In this document: positions 29,791 to 41,258 of the stretch, one piece after another
Layout of the letters: each line of letters begins with the position of its first letter
How positions within the stretch are numbered: the first letter of the stretch is position 1
DNA from: Auanema rhodensis
Taxonomy: Eukaryota > Animalia > Nematoda
Direction of reading: 5' to 3'
Assembly: GCA_964057225.1 (NCBI GenBank)
Contig: OZ059897.1
Span: 13,764,001 to 13,828,000, forward strand
Length of the DNA stretch: 64,000 bases
Program-made: the position numbers and the translations under genes
Notes under the pieces: generated by a model
The model's input: the letters and a program-made list of their open reading frames with translations, nothing else
Database searches by the model: none
What the model was told of the DNA's origin: nothing

Positions 29791-31941
29791 TTAATTGTTC
29801 TTTTGAGGAACAAAACTTCGATATTGAACAACTATGCAAATAAGAAGAACGTAGAAAAAAAGTATGAAAAATGCAACCATATCATTTGTATGTTTTGTAT
29901 CGAGTAGTATATTAACAGCTCCTGAAAAATATAGAAAATATATTATACGACTATATAGAATGTCACTGAACCTGTTAAGATATTAGCTAAGATAAAAAAT
30001 AAGAGTCCGTTCTTATTAACAGAATCACATAGACAAGGCAAAATTCCACAGAATGGATTGTCATCTGTAATATATATTCAGTATATAGTTTTTATGTTAA
30101 AAGTCAATGATCACCTGATGAGAAATGTGGAGCATTTGCAGCCCAAGTCACCATATTAAACATTTGAACTACCAAACAGGAAGCTAGTCCATATATTAGT
30201 AAGGAAAGCTTAAATAAACATTACAACATTGTTAACAGCAACAAATGAAAACCTGGCTGAGGATATACGTTATATTTGTTACCCTACGACTGGGTAAACC
30301 AATTGACCACTCTGAGATAGCTTGAACACATAGTAAAAATACAGAAATCGTAAACAGGCGCAAGCAACACTCAAGCCACGACTTCACTCGAATTCTAAAG
30401 TGAACAATATTGAAGTAAACTTTAAGGAAAACGAAGAGAAAGTAGGTAAACTTCATACCCTGTTCCAGCAATAAAATCTGCTATTACTTTGCTAGCATAA
30501 TGAAGAGTGATATATCCAAGAAGAGATCCTATTCCTTCAATATTAGCTTTTATAAAATCATCTCTAGGATTTTCTTTAAACAATATGAATTCCTAAAAAT
30601 GATAGATTTAAATTTTTCAAATTAGTAAGATATATACTTCAAGTCCCTGCATGAGCACACACTGATGTAAAACACAAAATATTGATGCAAAGAATATTGG
30701 ATATTTCGATGGCAGGATACTAGTGATCATCTGAAAAGTATTTTACATAAGATTTAATTAAAAGGAAAGAGAGAACTAACCTTAAGTGCAGCCATAGTAT
30801 AAAAGAAATTCCAGTGAACTCCATATTCAGTAACAGGTTGATGATATCCAACGAATGTGACAACTACTGTACGAGCGAATCCAATAAGAGGAAGGATAAA
30901 GTACGAAGATTTGATCCACCACCATTTAGATCTAAAAAGTATGATAGTTCAAAAACAATCACTGATTTATCATAGACTAAATTGAAATGCAAATAGTTCG
31001 AAAGTAATCGAAAAAATGCTAATAACTTCCCGGAACATTCGGTTATGAATTTATTATTAACATGTTTTTCATTTGTTATATGTTAATCGAGAATGAATAC
31101 AGCAAGCAACAAACGCTATTAAAAATCAAAAACATACTTTCGACGTAATTCTTTGCCTTCAATCATCGACGATGTCTTTAATCTAGAACTCATGGAAGCA
31201 GAAACTACAAAAGCTGAGACTCCAATATCCATCAATGAATGGCCATATCGTTCTGAAAGTAATATTATTGGCTATACAAGTTTGTGTTTTGTTACCTGTT
31301 TTATGAAATCTTTGAGGAAAAATAGGAAAATCGACAGCTAGAATAGCAATACTCACAAGTAGAAGCATCATTCCCCTAAACATTCAAGTTGAAAAGAGGA
31401 AATGAAGTTAGCTGAAACCTAAAGTATGTCACAAAAGTTGTTGGACCATAATGCTCATCAACAATTTTATTCATCACAACTCTCCAAGATACGCGATCTG
31501 GAGACATCATATATTCACAGAAAACGAATACCTAAGAAATGATTATAGTTCAGTTTTATACAAAACAGCTTACCAGCATGGTTACAAGACATACGATTAA
31601 ACATACAGTGACAAATATAAGATTTGATGAAAATATGGTAATCGAAAGTAGACTAGGAGCAACCAAAAAACCAAAATCTAACAGAAATTTGAACCTAAAA
31701 ATAATTGTTATATAAAGAAAAGTAATATTTTATTACCAATAGCTTGCACAGGAAGAATTAAACTTTTTACCCAAGAATATCCATGGAATAGTAATATTTC
31801 TCAAAAGTAGAGATAGAAAAACGATGGTCATAACAATAAATAACTAAAAAAAAAATTCTATGGAGAACCTTTCGACTCACATACTTCAGCTTGGTGTGAA
31901 CCTTCCATCACAGGCTGTATTGGTGAAATAGTCTCTGTCAT
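29791..31941 (-). CDS. pigw-1: GPI inositol acyltransferase PIG-W/GWT1
   Basis: Motifs FRGMMLLLVSIAILAVDFPIFPQRFHKT..GRSLMDIGV, GYHQPVTEYGVHWNFFYT, PSRRVTNITY, NGLLFFILANILTG in frame-consistent exons. Confidence 0.92.
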
Positions 31942-32173
31942 ATCTAATTTCTGAAGTACGATTAGGGAAACATCACAGAAAGACTAAAAAAACGAATAAA
32001 ATTCTAGTATTTCTCAAATCAAAGTAGAACAGGTAATATAATGTTGTGAACAAGAGTGCTAAGAAAACGTTTTCAGAAACTCATATTTATGGCAAGAAAT
32101 ATACCCGTATTATACAACAATTATGAAAAAATGAAAAAGAATGATAATTCCAGATTTCTAAACAGATATCTCG

Positions 32174-33449
32174 TTAAGGAACCATAGATCCGTTTAGTCT
32201 TTTACAGCACTCGCTAGGAACGGCTGACCAATCGTAGACATAGGACCAGCGTGTTCGAAACTCTTTTTCACATAAAAACTTTCTGAATACAAGAAGCTAA
32301 AAAGGAAAATAATAAGATGAGGAACCTATCGTACAAATTCTGAAACAAATGTCGCATGTCCGAGGGAGTCTTTTTGTGTGTAATAAGATATTCATTATTA
32401 CATCCTCTGGAAACCCATTCTGTGTCAAAACGAGGATCGTGGACATATTTCACATCCAAACCTAAATTGGTTTCTTTAATTTTAATAATAAATATTTTAT
32501 AACCTGCCAGCCAAGCACCAACCGACACATCTTCGTTCTTATATGATTTAAGTAATTTAGAATTTACAGCGATAAAACGAACTAATTCAAAAGATAAAAC
32601 ATAACCACCTCCTAGCTAAACAAAGCCAATAAAGAATGTTCAATTGAATTAATTAACCTGATATGGTAAATATCTATCGCAGAGAATCCAATCACTTTCT
32701 TTCCACTTCCCTTTACGAATAGGCTTAGCTCTTCCATCCAAAAATCTAAAATATCCTCATATTTATGTTATAAAATAATTGCATTACCCCCAATATAGCC
32801 TTGGATGTTGAATATCTTTCAAAGCTTTAATAAATGCTCCAATTCTGACAAAAGAATCCGAATCAATCTTTGAAATTAATTATTGTATATAGTTAATAAA
32901 GAAAAAAAACCTTTAGAAAGTAACTGAACTGGAAATTCTGATAAGCATATTCCATTGTAACTTTTGTTTTCTTTGCTAGAAATTGATAATTTTCCTCCAA
33001 GTTCGAAAGTAAAACGATATCATTATATTGATCCTGCTCTTTTTCCAATGCTTGCAACACTTCAGGACTAGTTTTCGAAATTAAAGAAGAAAGAAAATGT
33101 TTAAAACCTCATTTTATTGGTTCCTATGGGAAAGAAATATCTATACACTGAGGGACCTTTAGCAGATAATTTCAACCATGTTTCTCTGATTGCAGATCGA
33201 GCTTCAGTTTCATTAGGTCCTGACATAATTCCGATAAGGAGAAACGTTTCCGGCAGATCAACAGAACTTCTTTCATTCTCTTAAAGCTTGTATTGGGCGA
33301 TTAACTGAAGTTTTAAGTATACCATGTCCAGAGGCTGCTTGCTTCACAGGATTCTCAATGTCACAAGAACAATTATAAGAAATTATAAAAGTACATATTG
33401 TACAGAATGCAATAGCACATAACAGATAAGCTCTGAACAGCGACAACAT
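32174..33449 (-). CDS. sqv-2: Beta-1,3-galactosyltransferase 6 (GAG linker GalT-II, GT31)
   Basis: Type II signal anchor; [97 protein letters not shown]. Confidence 0.95.
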
Positions 33450-33832
33450 CTACATTTATCGAATTACTGCAATCAAAGTTTCATAACAAGTCCTGAAAAG
33501 AAGCCCCCAGCACAATACTGCCTTGGTGTTGCAACCAATTAAAATAGAAAAACTTTGGAAAAATTAAAACTTTATTCGATAATGAAAACAAGGAGGAATG
33601 ATAGAAATATTCCGATAAAATATTAAAACAAGTTTAATATATAAAATCTTTATGAATATACCCGAAGAAGACTGTTTAACTCTTCCAGAACGGGGAAACT
33701 TTTAGTTATGATATCACCCTAGCCAAGTAGAAAACCAAGAATTGTGACACTATACATACAATCTAATTACAATTGCAAATTTCTTGATCAATAAACATTT
33801 CACGTAATAGAATAGCCTTATTTTCAAAAAAA

Positions 33833-34821
33833 CTACTTATAGCTTGGATCTTGTTCTTGAGCGGAATGAATAACATATCTCACTGCAAACGCAAGAACTA
33901 CGACGCCAGCAACAACAATTAAATTTGACATTAAAGAAGACAATATTGAAGATTGTTCTGATCTGAAAAAAGACAAACTTCAATAAGTAAAAGATAAAAA
34001 GATTAAAGCATTGCTTATACATGCGAGTCACATATATTACAATAAAAAGTTGTGCTAAGAGTCAATCTGTCTAATTGAAAAATATTTTTTCTTACCTTTT
34101 TGGAGGATCTTCTTCTTTTAAAGGTGGTAATACATTTTGTCCCATAGCATATTCTTCACGAATCTCTTGTTCAATTTCAGGGAATATTTCACAAAAGATC
34201 TTATCCTATATTATAATTTTATTCAAAATATCCAAGAAAATTGCTACCCGAAGATTAAAAGCTTTACTTCGTAAAGCAAGAATTTTTTTCTCGGCGTCAG
34301 TTGAAGTTATACTTCCCAAAGTCGGTGTGTTATCATTCATGAACGACATGAGTCCTGTAATAATAGTTGATACCTGAAATTCTTATAATAGAAAAATATT
34401 CGAAATAAAAAACTACAGTCCATGCAGGATTCCACGTATCTGGGTGAAAATCAGAAATAGACAAGCAAAGTCGTGTATTTGTCTAAAAAGTAATAGTAAA
34501 GAGTACATTCAGTACAAAGATATGAACTTGAAATCTTCCACTTGGCGTTATCATATAAATTGAAGGAGGTTTGAATGGAAAATCGGAAGGAAACATGAGC
34601 TTTCCATGATAAATGCCTCCTAAAAACAATTCGACAATATTAAAATTGAATTGGCTAAAATAACCTTCATAAGGTGTTCCAGGAGCTCCAAATATTACAT
34701 AATGCCATTCTAAAATATTGTCTTGACATGGAGCCGCTTGCATGTAAGGTACAGGCTCTTTAAGGAGCCTTTGATAATCCTTTTTGAGTCTAGCTGTAGC
34801 CGTAACTGTTGCTCCTACCAT
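33833..34821 (-). CDS. ubc-26: Tail-anchored ER ubiquitin-conjugating enzyme, UBE2J2/Ubc6 class
   Basis: [54 protein letters not shown] (catalytic Cys present). The last exon encodes a C-terminal TM segment LIVVAGVVVLAFAV. Confidence 0.88.
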
Positions 34822-35346
34822 TGCTAAAAAATTTTAAAATATAATAAAATTGAGAAAGAAAAAACATCAAATATCAGATGAGAGCAAACTCAACAAATAT
34901 AACAAACACATGATGGGTAATATTTATGCATGCAAACTTTTTCAAAAATAAACAAAATAAATGTAAATCATCAGTTTGTTCTAATGATTTCTGCTCAACC
35001 TGATTAGACATTTTTAAATTCAACTAGTACAATGCAAGAGATGGCTTAAAACTGTGAAATGACTGTAATTCAAAGAAAAATATTTAGCTAACGGCCATCG
35101 CAAGCCATGATGTAACCATTGGATACAGTATACCTTGAAAAGGTGGAATAGTCACATAAGAGAAAGAAATATTTGAGAATATAACAGGGTAAAACTTAAA
35201 CAGATTAATATTACAGAAGTAAAATTTAAGCTATAATTATTATTAACAAACATTATTACAGTTAAAATACTGAGCTTAAAACTTGAATACTCGAAAAAGA
35301 TAAACTGATCCTTGATATGCCTTGATAATATGTAAAACAGAACAAC

Positions 35347-36798
35347 TTAGTCTTCAGTCAAATCTATGACTTCTATGTCTTCTTTTGGTTTTTTAACCGA
35401 AGGCTTGGGTGTTCTGGTAACATTTCTTATTGGTGGAATAAGAGAAGAAGAAGTAGTAGAAAACGTTACGGGTTTGGTAGAAGTTCTTTTCACCCATGAT
35501 TCCATATTACTTCTAGGATCAGCAGCAAAATCATTGTTGTTAGCAGGAGCAGTTTCAGATCCCCTCCCCTTAGAATGATCAGTACCCGAACCACTAGCTA
35601 TAGGAGCTTCAACTTTAGGCTGACGAAGTTCACCCGTCACAGGATCCATGATGTCAATAACACTTGCTACAGGAGCACCCGGTTCGAATACAATATCGGT
35701 TCGATAGCCGCCTCGAGGAGGAGCACTGTTGCGTGGGCGTTTTCTAGCTTGAATTAATTGAACAAACTGTTCGTATCCGAATCTGATAATACCATCTCTA
35801 CCTCTGTGGAATCCACCTGTTCCTGCGGCTCCAGCTTCTGCGCCAGCAGTTCCCGCGCCTGTTCTTGCAACTTCAGCATCTAATGGAGCGTTTATAACGT
35901 AGGCTTCTGCAATTCCAATCAGGGGTCTACTTTTTCCGGTGCTAGTATTATTTGAAGCTTGTCGTTTACGTGAGGAACTTGAACTAGTGCTTGGCCCTGC
36001 ATCTTGTTCTATATTATCAAACGGTATGGCAGATACGGTTAATTCATTACGAGCTTGTAATCTAACCGTGAGTTCAGGAAACATATCAATAAACTCCGGA
36101 TTCTTAATAAACATGATTAATTTATGCATACATAGCGGTAACTCACATTTAAATTATATTGTATACTTTCTCTCGCATATTTCCGCCTCACTGCAGGGGG
36201 CTCCCTTGAGCAGCCTGTTGAAAAGGCATCTTCATTCATGAAGCTGTGTAAGCCAACCTATTAATAAAAATAATAACAATTAAAGATGTTAGGCTTACTA
36301 ATATAGCAGAAACTGTCCAGCCCGGGTTCCATGACTCAGGATGATAATCCGAAATAGATAGGCATAAGCGAACATTTGGTAAAAATCTGAGAGAAGCATA
36401 ACATGGAATATAAACCAATCTCTACCTGCCACTTGGAGTACACATGCAAATAGCTGGCGGTTTCCAAGGAAAGTCAGGTTTAAAAATTAATTTGCCATGA
36501 TATACTCCGCCAAAAAAAAAAAAAGATTCAAACAAAATTAATAAAAACTACCTTCATAGTTTGTTCCTTGAGTGCCCTCGATTACATAGTGCCATTCCAG
36601 AATATTTCGTTCTGATGGCATTGCTATGATTCCAGGTAGCGGATCCTAAGAAAGCGCATAAAATATTGAAATTCAAAAAACACAAACATCTAACAATATT
36701 TGGAAGTCCTTCTGTAGTCGGCGAATAGCGGTTGCTTGAGGGGCTGAAGAAGCTGTAGGAAAATCAGTCCCAAGATTCGGTAACCGAACGTGATACAT
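35347..36798 (-). CDS. ubc-15: UBE2J2-family E2 paralogue with a long disordered, non-TM C-terminus
   Basis: [69 protein letters not shown], then a large last exon ending [12 protein letters not shown]. Confidence 0.85.
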
Positions 36799-37057
36799 TT
36801 CCAATCACTAACTTGAGATAAAAAGAATCAAAGAAAAGTTTTTTCGATATGAATCGTTGAAGAACGACTATAATAACAGATAAACTAATAATTTTAAAAC
36901 CTCTAATTTATAAATCACACCCAAGTTGATTTCCGTCAATTTAAATACACAAAGCATTGCATAATGAACAGGAACAGATCGTTAAAACGAGAAAAAATAT
37001 TACAATTTACATTTTGTTAAGTGACACTTTGGCTAAATCCAACTATCATAGTACCAT

Positions 37058-37980
37058 TCAAAAATTTCTAAAAAGAGATAAAAAGTATTACTTTTAGATA
37101 GAAAATATTACAATAAATTAGAGTTACTGGTTCCACTTTGTGAAGACGAAGTTGGATTTGTAGTTGGACGTACTCTATTCTAAACAAAACTAAATAGATA
37201 AAACTCAACATCTATCAAACCGATGAACTAGGTGGTGGTGGCAAAAGAGGCACCAAGCCTCCTGAGCTAGGTGGAGGTCTCGGTCTTGGAGCTGATGGCT
37301 GTCCATCACTATTTTTTTTCTACAGAATTTAAAAAAAAATAAAATAAAGAAAATGTGCACTCACCAAATTAATAGATATAGTTTGACCTTCTTTAAATGC
37401 CAAATCTAATGCAGGTTGAGTGCTTGTATTTTGTTCAAACTCAGCAGATTTTTCAACATATTTAAAATGATCCTGAAAATATGAACTCACATATAACAAT
37501 TAAGCTTATCCCACTTGAAGTGCAACATTAAAATCAAATGCATCTCCTCTATCGGCAAAACCCAATCCTATAAAAACAGTTTTTCCAGTTTCCTTTTGTA
37601 GCAAGCGAATAACGAAGTAACGAGATGAATCAGTGACTGGTTCGACAGCAACGCTGGGATAAGACTCTATTGGGCAAGTAGCAAAATGAGCTCCTATAAT
37701 TAACAGAGATTAATTAAATTTATAATTAGTCAAATATACCTGTCGATTTATCCTCCAGGCGCAATTCGAGCCGTTTCCCTATGCCCACCAGCTTTAATCT
37801 ACCTGCCCAGTCGGGATTATCAAGCGTCCACTCAGCAGCCCTTAAAGATTAATATGTATATATAATAATCTAAATATTGACTATTTCATACTTATGTCCT
37901 TTATTACTGGCCAAAGGGGGAATTTTATAAATAAAGACTTCTGGTTTAACTAAAGCGACACTTTCGTATTCTTCGCTCAT
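37058..37980 (-). CDS. ncap-1: NECAP (adaptin ear-binding coat-associated protein, PHear domain)
   Basis: [80 protein letters not shown], Pro-rich tail. The exact stop (37058 versus about 37111) depends on a last mini-intron. Confidence 0.93.
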
Positions 37981-38080
37981 AACTTATTTAAAAATAATCT
38001 GAAAGGAAAGAAATTAAACCGACGAAACCGTACCAGCCTATGCATAATCAAGATATATTTATCATGTTAACAAATAATAG

Positions 38081-38378
38081 GTATGTGAAGCTTCCATAGT
38101 AACTATTGGTTACTACTGCTTCTAACCTGCGTGGGTCATCGAGATGGGCACGTCGATAAATATATCAGAATGCATGGGCGCAGTTTTCGTGTAAACAGAG
38201 TCCGTGCTTCTACCAGGCTTATAGAGCTATGAGTTAAAAATGTTCACAATATAGAAGAAAGTTACAAAACAAAGACACTGAGGAAAAAGTCGGCGCTGAA
38301 ATAGTTTTTGCGCATGAGTTATTGATTTGGGCGTTATAGCTGTGCTGGCCATAAATGTGGCACAAGATGCAGGCGTTT
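38081..38378. ncRNA. Candidate structured non-coding RNA in the gap upstream of ncap-1
   Basis: GC-elevated island, end-to-end pairing (CCTGCGT/ATGCAGG), several hairpins, minus-strand hairpin followed by ACA; no complete coding model. Confidence 0.3.
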
Positions 38379-38617
38379 ATTAAAAAGTTTAAATTTCAAT
38401 TCAAATAGACGTGTTTAATTGTTTATTAAATTATATATAAAATAAAAAATATATTTATGTGCATATGTATTTGTTGAAGATCAATGCTGTTGGTAAATGG
38501 TCACCTGCCTATTTTATATATCACTGAGTTTATACACAGCCAGGTCATTGCATTATATCATACGAAATACTTTTTTGATTCTGTTGGTTTTCTTTTTTGA
38601 GCTAGTACTATTTTCCA

Positions 38618-40057
38618 ATTATCCGTACTACTAAAAATGCATGTATTTAAAGGAATTATTGTGCTGTAATAAACCAAGCATGGACATCCTCCAGCCCTAG
38701 CTCTCCTGATTGTCCAACTGGGTTCGGCTACGATCAGACTTGTTTTTGTTGGCCTGCCTGGAAGAGCTCTTCGGCAATCTCGAAACATACACTAAATTTT
38801 TAAATTCGAACTAAGTGAAAAAGTGAAAATTTCTATAAATAACTAAACATGAGGATCACTGCATATTAGTTATTTTGCTATGCTTTCAATTCTTTTCTTT
38901 TTTTCAATAATAAAAAACTGATATTAATACTATTCGAACATAAAATACTTAAATATGTTTAAAACGAAGTAACACTTTGGTAGTAGAAATATAGTGGGAA
39001 AATATCGGTAAATAGCAAAAGAATGTTATGATAAAATTTGAAAAAAATTAATTAATATTTTTCCTACACTAAAACTAATTAGATAATTCACCTGAAGTCC
39101 AATTATAAAGTTATTATATAGACCAAATTCTGTTTCATGTTCATCAAAAGTATCCATAAATAAATTAAGAAACAAACTAAATAAACAGAGTAACTGTTCT
39201 TCTTCAGCATCAGATAATCCATCGAAAAAGATGTCTAAATTATCTACAAAAAAAAATTGAAAAAGCATGTACACAAACAGTCAGCACCTGATAAAACGTT
39301 TGTAGAAAAAGCTGGGTTCCGTTCGCTACTGTCTGCGTCTTTAATAGTATTAAAATCATCAATGTTCTGTTGAAATGAAAAATAGTTTACTATCGTAATA
39401 TTTCATATTAACTGAAGAAGTTATAGGATTTTCTGTGGCCTCGGCGGTGTTTTGAGTAGTTTTCAAGTTCTCTTCATGGTCTTCAAATGTTTCATTCTCT
39501 TCTTCAATGTACTAAACCACCTTGTCATTATGTTTGATATTGTTAAATAAGTTCAAACCTCACCATTCTCATTGTCACTGAGAATATCGGTTTTACTTTC
39601 ATTTTTTGTTTGTTCGGTAGAGTCAATCTAGAACTACGTGTTAGATTATGCGAAGCAGAAAGCAAAAAAAGACCTGGTCAGTTTCGAGAGATACAACAGA
39701 GAGAGAAACATTATTAGAATTAACTATTTTGGATTCACTTTCAAAGTCTTAATATCAATATAACTAATGATAGAAATAAATCTTTAGCAAATCAATTAAT
39801 TCTGTAAAATCACCTGTTTCCTGATGTAAACTTGTCATTTCCCTGGTCGGTTGTACTGAAGTATCAGACCCTGAGGGCAAATCGAGTTGAAATAGAGCTT
39901 TGGGATTACTATCAGAAAACTTTTCCGTTTTCATATTTTCTAAAGAACTGCCCGGCTTCATATCCATTGTATATATTCCTTCTATAGGTAAAGGATTTCC
40001 GCTGTCACAAAAATAAATTAGCACTACTAGAAATATATTCTCATTGAAAGAAACCAT
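38618..40057 (-). CDS. Orphan acidic, S/T/E-rich protein with a probable signal peptide; 3' end uncertain
   Basis: Frame-consistent exons MVSFNENIFLVVLIYFCDSG..DFESESK..YIEEENETFEDHEE..DNLDIFFDGLSDAEEEQLL..IIGLQ. It either ends at 39026 or splices in phase 0 to the exon starting near 38791 (CMFRDCRR..RRARAGGCPCL). Confidence 0.6.
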
Positions 40058-40208
40058 TATCTGAAAAGAAACATTCCTGAAAATCCAAAACAAAAATAAA
40101 TGAATTTTAAATGTCACAACTCAAAATAAGAACACGTATGGGACAGTGAATCCTAGAATTAAATAATATCACAAGGTAACAAAGGTGCAAGATATAAAAT
40201 AAAAATCG

Positions 40209-40325
40209 AAGTGTTCATGGTTTTGCATGTGAGCTATGATTCATGCATACAATCAGCGTGATTCTCCTGTTCCCATTTCAAAGTTCAACTGACGACTAAA
40301 AAGGTTATTGTGGACTTTCCAGGTA
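40209..40325 (-). ncRNA. Weak candidate H/ACA-like snoRNA
   Basis: Hairpin, then ACAGGA (ANANNA), then a hairpin (TGCATG/CATGCA), then ACA plus 3 nt; about 115 nt; no target identified. Confidence 0.25.
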
Positions 40326-41258
40326 CTATACATTCTAAGCATGATTGTTCAATTATGTAATTTAGTTTTTCTAGATCCTAATAGTTCATTTCAGATGAAT
40401 ATATGAAGGAGATAAAAGGAAGAGGGTTGCACAAAAAAATGCTACACCTTTTGAGTAAAATTAAAATTCCTAAGATTAGAAACAAACATTCTTATATATA
40501 CTATTCAAAACTCTGTGTTAGCTCAATCATGAGATGAGTAGCCCAACAATAAGAATGAGGATGAGAACCAGAATGGTGGTTGTGGTCTCGTGTGAAGCCG
40601 CTTCTGCTGACAGCTGTTTCAAATGTGAATAATGGACCTAGCTTTGCAGCCTTGGTTGCCTCAAGTCTACCATCCTCCTGGAACGTTACTTCATTCTCTC
40701 AATGTAATCTTGATTATAACAACAATTATTAGTACCTTACAAAGTCCATTTGAAAACAGTAACAGCAGAGGACAAAACATTTTACTGGATTGTGCATGTG
40801 CATGCAAGTGTAGTTTCTTTTTTTTAAATCAGTACTCGAAATAGCAGGATATTAAAACGAATCAGTTTTTAAAAATACCAATGATAAAAAAGATGGTAAT
40901 ATTTATAATCATGTTGCATCATATATCCTTTCTGAGTTTTATACAATGGATCAAAAAAGAAAATGAAAACCTCGTATTTTTAACTTGTAATCAAAGTTGC
41001 AAAACACTAGAAAAGACAGAGACACGAGGAAGACCAATGAATGGTGTTATCAGATAAAGATGTGTTTATGATTTTGAACAAAAACATCTTCAACAAGAGC
41101 AAAAAAATAACCAAATTGAAATATTATTAAAATATATACAATACCATGCAAAAAATTATGAATACGTGTGATGATATCATTTATTATGGGCCCCGGAGCA
41201 ATACAACATCATTATGAAAATTCAAATTTTATTAATATCTGTGTAGAATGTTTATTGT

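Noticed and set aside
35366-36241. Plus-strand ORFs of 60-100 aa
   Set aside because: These are antisense shadows of the ubc-15 coding exons
36289-36297. TAAGCCTAA telomere-template-like 9-mer on the minus strand
   Set aside because: It lies in the donor of a 41-nt intron, with no room for a telomerase RNA. No tandem TTAGGC arrays occur in the window.
40212-40226. AAACCAU before ACA recalls the U17/snR30 m2 motif
   Set aside because: No m1 (AUAUUCCUA) motif, and the spacing to ACA is too short
40555-40615. GAGGATGA and GTGTGAAGCC recall U3 snoRNA boxes C' and B
   Set aside because: Boxes A, C and D are missing at the expected positions
40529-40665. Possible UAG read-through into a hydrophobic tail (minus strand)
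   Set aside because: Only 11 codons precede the UAG, the context is not a known leaky one, and no host gene is in frame
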